Part shown: positions 46,076 through 55,429 of the stretch, piece by piece
How positions within the stretch are numbered: the stretch's first letter is position 1
Layout: every line of letters begins with the position of its first letter
Virus record (IMG/VR): IMGVR_UViG_3300018080_007205
From: an uncultured virus (IMG/VR IMGVR_UViG_3300018080_007205)
Lineage: Duplodnaviria > Heunggongvirae > Uroviricota > Caudoviricetes
Direction: 5' to 3' (one strand)
DNA: 64,000 bases
Position numbers and translations under genes: made by a program
Notes under the pieces: generated by a model
The model's database searches: none
What the model was told of the DNA's origin: nothing
Seen by the model: only the letters and a program-made list of their open reading frames with translations

Positions 46076-47488
46076 TTATTCCGATTCACGCCCAGGCATT
46101 CCGCACCTAGGACATCTGTCGACATCCGGATGCGGCCACATATGCCATTTATCACAGCACTGATGGGCGCATTTCTCATGAGCTTCGCGCAGGCTTTCAT
46201 GCATTCTCACTGGCACTTCCGTCCCCGGATCCAGAGATGAAAGGTCGTACCCCAGAGGAAGCGAGGCAAGGGAGGACAGGTTTGCGCTACAGTACGATCT
46301 CATTGCCGGCAAACCGATCCTCGTTCCGTCTACCTTGCGCCCGCGGCGAAGGCAGCAGTCCATTAGCTGTGTCAGCTCGCAGGAGTCATCCTCGACCGCC
46401 CCGTCAAGCGCCACCAAATGTACCCAGGATCCATTCCTCTGATCCAGGAACACCCGCTTTCTGCCCGGCATGGACGCTTTGCCTGGCGATAGCTTCATGA
46501 GCGGTTTGTTGGAACTGTCGTCGTACACAATCTTATACACTATGCCTAGGGACGGCACATCGTCGGACACTGCCAGCTTAGTTCCGACACCGAAGGCGTC
46601 TATCGGAGCGCCTGAACTCACCAAAGATAGTATGGCGTGCTCGTCCAGGTCTCCGGACACTATGATTTTCGTTCCCGTTTTTCCAGCTCTGTCTAGCAGC
46701 TGTCTGGACACCATGGAATCCCGGCGCAGGTCCCCCGAATCTATCCGTATGGCGTCCAGGACCCCGACTTTTGCGGCGTTCTCCACACCCTTCAGCGTGT
46801 CATGGGTGTCAACAAGCATTGTGGCACCCGGAACCCATTTTGAAAAAGTACTGAACGCTTTTCTCTCATCATCGAAAGACATGACCCACATGTGCGCCAT
46901 TGTTCCTGAAACTGGTATGCCGAATTGTTTTCCAGCTTCAATGTTTGATGTTCCGTCGAAGCCGGCCAGGTATGCTGCCCTGGCCGCCCTTATGGCGGCC
47001 TCGTGATGCGTTCTGCGGGTTCCGAAATCGTACACAGCTCGCCCTTGAGCAGCAAGAACGATCCTTGCCGCCTTGGACGCTATCTTGATGTCGTGGTTGA
47101 GGACGGACAGTATGATAGTTTCTACCAGCTGCGCCTCAGGGAGCGGTGCTGTGATCTGTACGAGCGGCTCTCCGGCGAACACCACCTCGCCCTCGCCCAT
47201 CGCCCACATGTCTCCCGTAAACCGGAAGTTCTCAAGCCATTTCACAAACTTGTCGGTCATGGCCTTCCTGAGTGCTGGAATCTCCGACAGATATTCGATG
47301 TCAGACCTGTTGAACCTGATGCTCGACAGGATGTCGCGTATCTCTTCGGTGCCCGCCATCACCATGAACCTGCGCTGCGGCGGCAGCCTTCTGGCAAAGG
47401 CCTCGCATGTGACGCGCCTGTCCTCCATGCCGGAGTTGACATACGCGGCCGCCATCGTTATCTGATATAGATCTGTCTTAAGTATCAT
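46076..47488 (-). CDS. pncB: nicotinate phosphoribosyltransferase
   Basis: TDLYQITM, DFGTRR, GTSN, GTMAH, LVDT, IRIDSGDL, FGVGT, VYK. Confidence 0.94.
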   Translation of the reverse strand: MILKTDLYQITMAAAYVNSGMEDRRVTCEAFARRLPPQRRFMVMAGTEEIRDILSSIRFNRSDIEYLSEIPALRKAMTDKFVKWLENFRFTGDMWAMGEGEVVFAGEPLVQITAPLPEAQLVETIILSVLNHDIKIASKAARIVLAAQGRAVYDFGTRRTHHEAAIRAARAAYLAGFDGTSNIEAGKQFGIPVSGTMAHMWVMSFDDERKAFSTFSKWVPGATMLVDTHDTLKGVENAAKVGVLDAIRIDSGDLRRDSMVSRQLLDRAGKTGTKIIVSGDLDEHAILSLVSSGAPIDAFGVGTKLAVSDDVPSLGIVYKIVYDDSSNKPLMKLSPGKASMPGRKRVFLDQRNGSWVHLVALDGAVEDDSCELTQLMDCCLRRGRKVDGTRIGLPAMRSYCSANLSSLASLPLGYDLSSLDPGTEVPVRMHESLREAHEKCAHQCCDKWHMWPHPDVDRCPRCGMPGRESE

Positions 47489-47588
47489 TCCTCGCTCTTC
47501 CTCGCTCCTCTCGATCGTTCCGCATAGCATGCACCATATGCTGCCGCCGCCCACATCTGTAAACTGATGCCGACATCCGTTGGCAATC

Positions 47589-47954
47589 TCAGCCTTCGTT
47601 TTTGGCATTGTCTTTCTTGCTTCCCTGAAACTCCACTCCGAGTTCGCGCCTTGTCAACAATACGGACTGTAGGATGTGCATGTAGCATTGTCGCCTGCGT
47701 TGGTACTCCTGGTCGCTCTCGATGGGAAAACATTCCCACACGCCCTCGTCCGGTATCCTGAGAATGTTTGCCCGCCTGTTCGGGTTCCTCTCCGGAGCGG
47801 GAAAGATGCCTTTATCCTCCTGCTCTTCCGAGCAGTCGGACGGCACGATGCTGCCCGAGTCGATCAGGTGCCGGCGCAACTCTGCGCATTCCTCATCGGT
47901 CGCATACTCCTCATTTACGAACTGCTGTCCCTGCTTCGCGCTTTTCTTGCTCAT
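47589..47954 (-). CDS. hypothetical protein
   Basis: ATGA-coupled to ThiF gene. Confidence 0.6.
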   Translation of the reverse strand: MSKKSAKQGQQFVNEEYATDEECAELRRHLIDSGSIVPSDCSEEQEDKGIFPAPERNPNRRANILRIPDEGVWECFPIESDQEYQRRRQCYMHILQSVLLTRRELGVEFQGSKKDNAKNEG

Positions 47955-48826
47955 TGCTTCCCTTTCTCCCAGCTCCTGAGCCGCTCGGGATCGACTTTTG
48001 CCAAATTGTCCTTGGTGTTGAAGAGGGTTCTGAAAGAATTGTCGATGTTGAACACAACGCCGTGGGACATCATGTCCTCCTTGAGCAGAACCTTCTGTAG
48101 GAAGTTCATTACGATCGTAGCAGCTGTCACGTTCGTCATCATGTTCTGCGGAGCCGACTCCGCATTTTCCGCGCATCCGGCATCCGAATTGAACTTGGCT
48201 TCGTCCTCGTTCAGGTCTGGATACAGTTCCAGAACCGTGGGCATGCTGAAGCTGCTGCTGTCTAAGTAGTCCATATCAATCGGATAATATCCGCACACAA
48301 CATCAATCGGATAATATCCGCACACAACTTGCCCCCCTCGCTCTTCATTGCCAGAGTCGATCCAGAACTTCCCGCTATCGTTCCATCGGCTGCTGTGGGG
48401 ATTGTCCAGAAACCACTCGCTTATCACCTTTCTGGACGCGTTGTTGTCCACACACCCTACCACTACACCGTCGCTTCCCAACACGCCGGATATCTGGTCG
48501 GCAGATCTGATCTCTTTGCTGATGGTGACCATATTTAGCCCGAACGCTGCCGAGTACCTGTCTGCAAGCACCTCGGCTTTGTTCCTGCCCAGGTCCTGCG
48601 CTATGAAGTGTTGGCGCTCCAGGTTTTTCTCCTCTACAATGTCCCCGTCTGCCAGAACCATAACGGCTCTGCTGCTTTCATCTATCCCCTTCAGGAACCT
48701 GGCAAGGCTGGCAGCCACATACGCCCCTGTTCCGCCGCATCCTATCACCATAACTTTTTTGAATTTGGAGAACCGTCTTTGATGAACAAAAGTCCTGATG
48801 CCAGACAGCAAGGCAGCGTCCATCAC
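47951..48826 (-). CDS. ThiF/E1-like activating enzyme (PRTRC-type)
   Basis: IGCGGTG, DGDIVEEKNLERQ, NKAEVLA, GCVDN, WIDSGN, GQV, catalytic Cys GCAE. Confidence 0.92.
   Translation of the reverse strand: MMDAALLSGIRTFVHQRRFSKFKKVMVIGCGGTGAYVAASLARFLKGIDESSRAVMVLADGDIVEEKNLERQHFIAQDLGRNKAEVLADRYSAAFGLNMVTISKEIRSADQISGVLGSDGVVVGCVDNNASRKVISEWFLDNPHSSRWNDSGKFWIDSGNEERGGQVVCGYYPIDVVCGYYPIDMDYLDSSSFSMPTVLELYPDLNEDEAKFNSDAGCAENAESAPQNMMTNVTAATIVMNFLQKVLLKEDMMSHGVVFNIDNSFRTLFNTKDNLAKVDPERLRSWEKGKQ
48275..48328. repeat. 27-bp perfect tandem duplication (VVCGYYPID x2) in ThiF gene
   Basis: ATCAATCGGATAATATCCGCACACAAC twice. Confidence 0.9.
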
Positions 48827-49578
48827 AGCCCCCAGTTCCTGTCGCGGTACCCCATTTCAAAAAGATCCCTTGTGTCCTCGTCCAGGAACGCGCGCGCCCA
48901 TCTGCGCACTTTGCCAGGCTTCACGGACCCCTTCCACTCCTCCGGGAAGGTCGCGCCCAGGTCGATCGGCCCGCGGTCGAACAGGTTCCTCCAGTCGTCC
49001 GACAGGTCCATGCCGGCTATCCTTAGTCTCACAGACACTTCCGGGAAGAGGTTTTTTCTGAGACCGCCGACAACCACATAGAACGCATCGGCAAGCTCGT
49101 CGGCATCATCAACCGAGGAGAATGCGGCATTCATGTCGCAGTGGCTGTGGATTTCGCCGACGGACACCTGCGCCCCATAGTCTATTGGAACCTTGGTGAA
49201 CCTGACCGACGACATAGTGACGACCTGCTCGGGGCACACGAGACGGTGCCTTCTTTCCTTGCGGTCGTACACCATCTGCAGCATTGCCTCTGCGGCATGC
49301 TCATCCATCACATAGCGGAAGAACGACACTGCTGTGCCCAGGAGCCTTGCGGATATTTTGGGCACCGACATGTCGAACCTCTCTTCCCTCATGGTGGTCG
49401 GAAGACCGGCGACCTTTGCCGGGGCTATATGCCTGGTTGAGACGCCAAGACCTCCCTTGCGTATCTCCCACAGACCGTTTCCCTGCAAGACATAAGTCAC
49501 CGGCTTTTTCAGCATTGAGGGTTTTTCGCCCACCACGTGGTCGACAAGGTTTTTCTGGATGTCTGTTGCGCTTCTCAT
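48823..49578 (-). CDS. JAB/JAMM peptidase (PRTRC protein A-like)
   Basis: AEAM..., EIHSHCDMNAAFSSVDDADE. Confidence 0.9.
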   Translation of the reverse strand: MRSATDIQKNLVDHVVGEKPSMLKKPVTYVLQGNGLWEIRKGGLGVSTRHIAPAKVAGLPTTMREERFDMSVPKISARLLGTAVSFFRYVMDEHAAEAMLQMVYDRKERRHRLVCPEQVVTMSSVRFTKVPIDYGAQVSVGEIHSHCDMNAAFSSVDDADELADAFYVVVGGLRKNLFPEVSVRLRIAGMDLSDDWRNLFDRGPIDLGATFPEEWKGSVKPGKVRRWARAFLDEDTRDLFEMGYRDRNWGL

Positions 49579-49579
49579 T

Positions 49580-50266
49580 TTACTCTCCCATGAAGCCGTC
49601 TTTGACTACCTTGTTGGCGGGCTTCAGTATCTTTGCTGGAAACATCTCCTTGCCCTCAAGCCAGTCTATGAGTGTCTGTAGGTTCACCACACCGACTGGC
49701 GGTCGGAAGGCTCCGGTGCCGTGGACCAAATGCCCGCTGAACACGGAGCTGAAAAACCTGTTTATCACGCTGTCGAGAACCACCGGAGTGGTGATGTTGA
49801 ACGAGCCTGTCTTGACGGACCCCCAGCATATGTTTCCGTTCTCGTACACATTCCCAAGGGGAAACCAGTACAGCCTGGCATTCTCGCTCAGGACTGGGGG
49901 CGCACATGCAAACAGGCGCGTGGTGGCTATGTCTCCGCCCTTGACATGGAAGAAGAACATGGTTGACGGAACCGGAACCGCCTTGGAGAACTTTCCTGCT
50001 CCGGAAATGCTGAATGACAAAGTCCTGACGGACCCGGGAACCTCGATGCCTATCGTATACTCCGACTTGCCGCCGGAGAAACATCTGGTTCCGAAAGGCA
50101 GGATGCCGGTTGCCATCTTCATTGTCTCCACCATGGCTGCCGCCAGCCCGTCGGTGGACACGGTTTTCCTGTTGGACGTCCCGTCCCTGGACTCCACGAC
50201 CACGGCCCTGTCGTCATACAGCTCTATCGTTAGCTTGTCCGGTCTGGATATGTGTACACCCCTCAT
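49580..50266 (-). CDS. prokaryotic E2-like protein (PRTRC protein B-like)
   Basis: LYWFPLGNVYENGNICWG, FFSSVFS. Confidence 0.87.
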   Translation of the reverse strand: MRGVHISRPDKLTIELYDDRAVVVESRDGTSNRKTVSTDGLAAAMVETMKMATGILPFGTRCFSGGKSEYTIGIEVPGSVRTLSFSISGAGKFSKAVPVPSTMFFFHVKGGDIATTRLFACAPPVLSENARLYWFPLGNVYENGNICWGSVKTGSFNITTPVVLDSVINRFFSSVFSGHLVHGTGAFRPPVGVVNLQTLIDWLEGKEMFPAKILKPANKVVKDGFMGE

Positions 50267-50952
50267 GTGACCCTTCCGTTATGTGCCGTCATGGCCCTTT
50301 CGAATTCCGCCTGATGCTGCGACATTACCTGCTGCCTGTTATCGTCCCTGTAGTCCGCGGCGTATTCGATGGCGGCATCCAGCCTTGCCTTCCATGTCAT
50401 GACGGCCTTGGCAGCCTGGTAAAACCGGCATTCCGACGCCTCTCTTTCGCCCCTGTTCCAGCGGCGCCTAGAATACCTGTTCAATCCCGGACTCATGTCA
50501 GCACTCACAATCACTCTCTTCGGAAGACCGCCAGCATCTATGAATCCACACTCGTGCGGAGACAGCCTTGTCACAGCGATGTACTCATCCAAACTTTCGA
50601 TCCTCCTTAACTTTCTGACTACCGACAGCTGAGGCATGATTTTGAAATCCAGCAAGCCTGGCGACTTCTTTATGGCGAACTTCTCCTTGCTGAAAACGAA
50701 TTCCAGAAACCTCCTGAACAGCTTCATAAGCTGGTCCTCAGCTGCGTCTATCTTCCCATGCTTTTCCAGAGCATCCTGACTGTGCCATCGCCTGCCGCCT
50801 CGCGACCTCGGGGCAGCCTTGCCTTCCTTGGCGGCAGCAGCAGGTGTTTTTCTTCGACATCTGATGCCAAGATCGCTCATGAGCTTGTATAGCAGGAGAA
50901 AATCCGCCTGTATGTACTGGACCGGGCGCAGCACGCTAGATGAATGCGACAT
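50263..50952 (-). CDS. hypothetical protein in ubiquitin-like operon
   Basis: Coupled ORF between E2 and Ubl genes. Confidence 0.6.
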   Translation of the reverse strand: MSHSSSVLRPVQYIQADFLLLYKLMSDLGIRCRRKTPAAAAKEGKAAPRSRGGRRWHSQDALEKHGKIDAAEDQLMKLFRRFLEFVFSKEKFAIKKSPGLLDFKIMPQLSVVRKLRRIESLDEYIAVTRLSPHECGFIDAGGLPKRVIVSADMSPGLNRYSRRRWNRGEREASECRFYQAAKAVMTWKARLDAAIEYAADYRDDNRQQVMSQHQAEFERAMTAHNGRVT

Positions 50953-51187
50953 CGGTCCTCTCCGGGTCCATCATCCCAACTCTCTTCCGCATTGCCTTGG
51001 CGCTTGCCGGCTCGCTGTCAATCCGCCTCATTTCCGAGAGCATTTTAAAAATCTCGTCCGCATCTATGCTGTCCGGGTCGGGCGTTGAGTCGATACTCAG
51101 GATGGTCTCCAGGAGACGCTGCTGTTGCCTTGTCATGCCGTTCCATTCGGGAACCCCCAGCACCGCCTCGAACAGATTCATGCCCAA
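50936..51187 (-). CDS. hypothetical protein in ubiquitin-like operon
   Basis: Coupled ORF. Confidence 0.55.
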   Translation of the reverse strand: MGMNLFEAVLGVPEWNGMTRQQQRLLETILSIDSTPDPDSIDADEIFKMLSEMRRIDSEPASAKAMRKRVGMMDPERTDVAFI

Positions 51188-51372
51188 CCCTTGCTCCCGG
51201 CGCGGGTCATGAACTCGATGACGCCGTTCGTATGCTCGATGATCTCCGCGTTCGTCAAGTCGGGATATACAGCCGACCAGGCTTTGCGAACCTCCTCCGG
51301 CGGCTGCCCGCTGTCGTCCTTGACCTCAAGGGAACCGTACCGGTAAATGCGAATGTTTTCTTGGTTTGACAT
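51178..51372 (-). CDS. small ubiquitin-like modifier (PRTRC protein C-like)
   Basis: RIYRY...PEEVR...YPDLTNA...F..RAGSKG(WA); GGAGG RBS. Confidence 0.8.
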   Translation of the reverse strand: MSNQENIRIYRYGSLEVKDDSGQPPEEVRKAWSAVYPDLTNAEIIEHTNGVIEFMTRAGSKGWA

Positions 51373-51381
51373 TGTTTCCTC

Positions 51382-51783
51382 CTAGAATGAAAAAGTGATT
51401 CTCGGCAGGTGATCCTGACCGTCTTCAAAATTGAAATCGCCACCCTCAAGCTCCAGCTCCTCAACGGCCTTGTCAAACTCGGATTCCGTCATGGTGTCGT
51501 CGAAGATGTTCTGATGGTCCTGGCATCCGCCGTCATGGCAGCACAGGCACTCGTTTTCGTCAGCCTGACAAATTTCCTCTTTGACTTTCTCGCTAGACGC
51601 AAGCAGGACCCTCGCTTTGTGAAGCGCATCCCCGACGCTATGGAAACTGACCGCTGCAGCTTCCGGGTAGTCCGGAACCTTCAGCATGGCAGCATATCCT
51701 TCGCCGTTTTTTCCTAGGCGCAGCGAAAAATCGCCGTGCTTTTCAATTGCGCGCACTGCGGCGCTGATGGGTAGCCTGATCAT
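51382..51783 (-). CDS. hypothetical acidic protein
   Basis: AGGAG RBS, ATGA overlap. Confidence 0.6.
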   Translation of the reverse strand: MIRLPISAAVRAIEKHGDFSLRLGKNGEGYAAMLKVPDYPEAAAVSFHSVGDALHKARVLLASSEKVKEEICQADENECLCCHDGGCQDHQNIFDDTMTESEFDKAVEELELEGGDFNFEDGQDHLPRITFSF

Positions 51784-52724
51784 GCTTTCTCCTTTTTCTG
51801 TTTGCGCCGCATGGCGCGTAATATGTTTTGCGCGATGGTCGTCACGACCGGAACGGGCACTGAATTTCCTATTTGCTTGTACGCCTGCGTTTTGTATGGC
51901 GGCAACTTGAACTTGTCCGGAAAGCCCTGTAGCCTGGCGCATTCCCGAGGAGTCATGGTTCTCAGCCGGTTTTCATCCAGCAGCATGATGGTGCCGTTGG
52001 CAGTGAGCGTCCTGCTGATCTCGTCTGGGGTATGAAGGGCTGGCAGGAACCTCCCGCCGCGACCAGGACCCCGCTGTTTCAGTTTCGCTATGTACCCGAC
52101 GACCATTGCCCGAGATGCGTCGAACTCAGGACCCACCGACTCTCTGATGATCGACCGGATCGAATTCCTTATCCTCGGCGGCTCTGGAAACTCGAACTTT
52201 CCGGCAAACTCGCGGCTCCTGAAACCCACTATAAACACTCTTTCGCGCCTCTGCGGCAGTCCGAAATCTGCTGCGTTGAACATTCTCCATGATGTCAGGT
52301 ACCCCAGCCCGCGCATCTTGCCCAGAATCGCATCCAGCACCGCGCCGCCGTCGTGATGGACCAGCGCCTTGACGTTCTCAAGCAGGACTGCTTTTGGCCT
52401 GCTGCTCTTCATGAGCCTGGCGACCTCGAAGAACAGCCTGCCGCTGTCGGTGTCGGCAAACCCTCGCCGCTTCCCGATGGGAGAGAACGGCGTACACGGA
52501 AAGCCGGCGCACAGCACATCCGTCCTGTGCGGAAGGCGCTTGACAGACCTGATGTCCTCGTGCTCAGAGCCGCTGTTTTCGAAATTGGCCTTGTATGTCT
52601 CGCGCGCCTTTCCGTCTATCTCGCAGAACCCTGAGCATTTGAACCCGGCGCTTTCCATTCCTAGGCGCATACCGCCCATGCCCGCAAAAGCATCGAAGAA
52701 GGTTCTGCTGCCTCCGGCTAGCAT
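51780..52724 (-). CDS. DNA (cytosine-5) methyltransferase
   Basis: FAGMGG, AGFPCTPFS, LLENVK, PQRRERVF, RLQGFP, IGNSV. Confidence 0.96.
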   Translation of the reverse strand: MLAGGSRTFFDAFAGMGGMRLGMESAGFKCSGFCEIDGKARETYKANFENSGSEHEDIRSVKRLPHRTDVLCAGFPCTPFSPIGKRRGFADTDSGRLFFEVARLMKSSRPKAVLLENVKALVHHDGGAVLDAILGKMRGLGYLTSWRMFNAADFGLPQRRERVFIVGFRSREFAGKFEFPEPPRIRNSIRSIIRESVGPEFDASRAMVVGYIAKLKQRGPGRGGRFLPALHTPDEISRTLTANGTIMLLDENRLRTMTPRECARLQGFPDKFKLPPYKTQAYKQIGNSVPVPVVTTIAQNILRAMRRKQKKEKA

Positions 52725-52727
52725 TTG

Positions 52728-53336
52728 TCAGTCCACCACTTCGTCTGCCAGACCCATTTTCTGGCAGTCCTCCGCGCCGAAGTACCAATCGTGCTGCAGC
52801 AGCTCGGACAGCCTGTCCTCCGGTATGCGCGCGTGCTTATCGTACACTTCCCTGATGGTCGCCATCAGCTTCTCCGAGTTCTCCACGCGGTCCTTGATCT
52901 CAGTCAGCTTGCCGCACATGCCTGTCGACAGCTCGTGGATGAGCATGTAGGCGCTTCTCCTTATCAGCCGCTTCTTCCCGACAACCGACAGAAGCGTGGC
53001 TGCCGAAGCGCTGACGCCTTCCACAATCGTGTGGACCGGAACACTGCAGCTGCGGATGGTGTCCATGCCGGCGAACCCGGCAAACACGCTGCCGCCGTAG
53101 CTGCTGATGTGCAGGTGTATGGGCGGGGGCTCGATGTCGTGGTGCGCGGACACGACCTTCATCTCCGCCTCCGCCTTGCGGAGGTGCTCGGTGAGGTTCA
53201 GGATAGACCCGTGCGTCACGCCCTCGTAGAAGTAGATGTGGTTTTTGACCGTTTTGGTGCTGCCGCCAGACAGTATTGAAGCGTCCTTCCCCCAGATTAG
53301 GTCCTTGTTGGATGTGTTGTCTTCTTTCTTGCTCAC
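52728..53336 (-). CDS. ClpP-like serine protease
   Basis: IHLHISSYGGSV, SASAAT, MLIHE, MGLADEV. Confidence 0.88.
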   Translation of the reverse strand: MSKKEDNTSNKDLIWGKDASILSGGSTKTVKNHIYFYEGVTHGSILNLTEHLRKAEAEMKVVSAHHDIEPPPIHLHISSYGGSVFAGFAGMDTIRSCSVPVHTIVEGVSASAATLLSVVGKKRLIRRSAYMLIHELSTGMCGKLTEIKDRVENSEKLMATIREVYDKHARIPEDRLSELLQHDWYFGAEDCQKMGLADEVVD

Positions 53337-53719
53337 TCGTCATCCTCCTTACAGAATTCTTCCATCCCCTCCACATCTTCGTACGGGACCCACACCCACG
53401 CCTGAACATAGCATCCCTGGTCTCCGCCGCCGCAGCTCAATTGCGCGTTGCTGTCTATCTCCAGCTCGCCATCCTCACCGTACATTTCGCGCGCCGCCCC
53501 CCGCACCAGCTCGGCCTTCTCCGGCGGCAAACCGTCAGTCTTCACCAAGATATGCCCCAAACCCCTCAAAACGGACAGCTTCTCGCGCGCCGTCTGTCCA
53601 TTCATTTCAAACAGGCGACCTTCCAAGTTAGCAAGGCTCTTGATTGCCCTAAAATCAGTTTCATCCATTACGCAGCTCCGGGATGCTTGGTTCCATCCAA
53701 GGCGAGGTCCGTCCAGCAT
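53333..53719 (-). CDS. hypothetical protein (start probably ~53668)
   Basis: DGELEIDSNA...GCYVQAWVWV. Confidence 0.65.
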   Translation of the reverse strand: MLDGPRLGWNQASRSCVMDETDFRAIKSLANLEGRLFEMNGQTAREKLSVLRGLGHILVKTDGLPPEKAELVRGAAREMYGEDGELEIDSNAQLSCGGGDQGCYVQAWVWVPYEDVEGMEEFCKEDDE

Positions 53720-54435
53720 CTACGGCATGCCGTGCACGCTCCATTGAGCGGCAGCACCCCCGCATCCACCGGGCATGTAGTATGCGGATCGTCGTATTCC
53801 AGTTCCTTCTTTTTCTGCTGAAGGTTGAAAACAACCCGCGCCCCCATGGTATTCTCGCCCATTTCTTCTCTTATGTAGCTATAATAAAGCCTCGGATGCC
53901 GGCACCTGGAGATCAAAACCCTGCGCTTTCTGCTGGCTGCCGACTTGTCCAGCGAGAACATGAGATACAGGTTCTCTGCTTTGCGGCTGATCTTGGCTGC
54001 CAGCTCCGGCTTGCGCGTGACTACCCACAGCACATCGCCCGGATGCTTCTCGACCATGACGTTGATGACGGTCACGGCCTTCGGAAACAGGTCGCCCACG
54101 CCGTTCCACCGCAGGAAATCCATCTTGCGCCTTACATATTCCCCGTGTATCTTGTCAGCCACTTCCTCCGGGTCCGCTTCCAGGAAATACCTGTGCACCC
54201 GCACCATTTTGCGCAGCGAGGCGCTCCAGGTGATCGGTCTTCCCCTCATCCTGCCATAGCATACCTTCACACATGCCGGCGTAGGCCTGCAGGTTTTCCA
54301 CGCGGGAAAGTTGAGGCTGAATCCGGTCTTCGAATTCGAACTACATATCGGGTCCTTGGGACCGATCGGAGGTATCTCGCTTTCGTCCCCCAGAAACTCC
54401 TCCGCCCTTTTTCTCAGGTTTATGGTTTTTCTCAC
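53668..54435 (-). CDS. phage Gp88-like / radical-SAM-like protein
   Basis: NSKT, TC....AC...CY, LRWNGVGD, CTACRRC. Confidence 0.7.
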   Translation of the reverse strand: MRKTINLRKRAEEFLGDESEIPPIGPKDPICSSNSKTGFSLNFPAWKTCRPTPACVKVCYGRMRGRPITWSASLRKMVRVHRYFLEADPEEVADKIHGEYVRRKMDFLRWNGVGDLFPKAVTVINVMVEKHPGDVLWVVTRKPELAAKISRKAENLYLMFSLDKSAASRKRRVLISRCRHPRLYYSYIREEMGENTMGARVVFNLQQKKKELEYDDPHTTCPVDAGVLPLNGACTACRRCWTDLALDGTKHPGAA

Positions 54436-54629
54436 TAGAGTTTGCCATTCCGAGCCGCTTCAACGCCCAGTCGTTGATCAGGATTCCAATTCCCGATAGC
54501 ACGGCTCCGTGCGCCGCCAGGAACACAATCTCCCCAGGCATGCCGGTGGCTAGCAGTATGACTGCCACGGCGGCGAGAGCGGCGAAAAGCGCCGCAAACA
54601 ATTTAAAAGCCAGCCTGAAGGCACCGCCC

Positions 54630-54956
54630 TCAAGCAAAAAACGACTTATCCTCATCGTCAGGTATCTTTCCAGAATCGACGGTGTCCCATGCGGAGTCGC
54701 CGATCACCTTCATTCCGCGCATAGCGCTCATGATATCCTGGCAGTCGCTAACAAGCTCCATCACCTTCGGCCATTTTTTCGGGTCGCTCTCAAGAGCGCA
54801 GGTCATTCTCCTAACCCTGTCGACCTTATCTCCCAGTTCGCCAAACACCCTTAGAGCATCCTGCTTTGCAAGTTCAAGGCTCAGCACCAGCTGAGCCACC
54901 TGCTTTGTAAGCGCTTTGGCTACGAGTTCTTCGGTGATCCTGTCGTCATGGCACAT
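54630..54956 (-). CDS. hypothetical protein
   Basis: AGGAGG RBS. Confidence 0.6.
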   Translation of the reverse strand: MCHDDRITEELVAKALTKQVAQLVLSLELAKQDALRVFGELGDKVDRVRRMTCALESDPKKWPKVMELVSDCQDIMSAMRGMKVIGDSAWDTVDSGKIPDDEDKSFFA

Positions 54957-55167
54957 TGCTCCTCCTGTACTCCTCCGCTTTTTCGGCTTCTACATAGCAT
55001 CGCGAGCACAGACCCACCTCCCTTTTTATCTCCCATCCGCTCACGACCCCGATCCTCTTGCCCTCCTTGTCAAGAAGCTCGTAAGCTCGTTCGCGCTTTT
55101 CAACAACCCAAGGTCTTCTTCTTTCCCCAGGCTTCGACGCCTCAAAGCATGCTTCGCATACAAACAT
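54946..55167 (-). CDS. hypothetical Zn-binding protein
   Basis: MFVCEAC...GWEIKRE..LCSRC. Confidence 0.65.
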   Translation of the reverse strand: MFVCEACFEASKPGERRRPWVVEKRERAYELLDKEGKRIGVVSGWEIKREVGLCSRCYVEAEKAEEYRRSNVP

Positions 55168-55168
55168 C

Positions 55169-55429
55169 CTAATCTCCTTCCGTTATGAAAAGATATGTCG
55201 GCACAACCGGAGCTGGCGGCTTCGATGGGACCTTCCGCTCCCATACAGTCCTGCCGCACCTCTTATTGCGGCATTTCCACGACAGCTGTCCGGCAGAGCC
55301 GGACGCCCCGCGCGGTCTCAATATTCCCCCGCAGTGCTTACAGAGGATGGCGTTCGGATTCTTTTTCTTCCTCCTTGCCTCCCTGCTCCTGCGCTTGTTC
55401 TGTTTCTTGTCGTACTTTCCTTTTCCCAT
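55169..55429 (-). CDS. basic zinc-ribbon protein
   Basis: CKHC...CRNKRC. Confidence 0.6.
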   Translation of the reverse strand: MGKGKYDKKQNKRRSREARRKKKNPNAILCKHCGGILRPRGASGSAGQLSWKCRNKRCGRTVWERKVPSKPPAPVVPTYLFITEGD

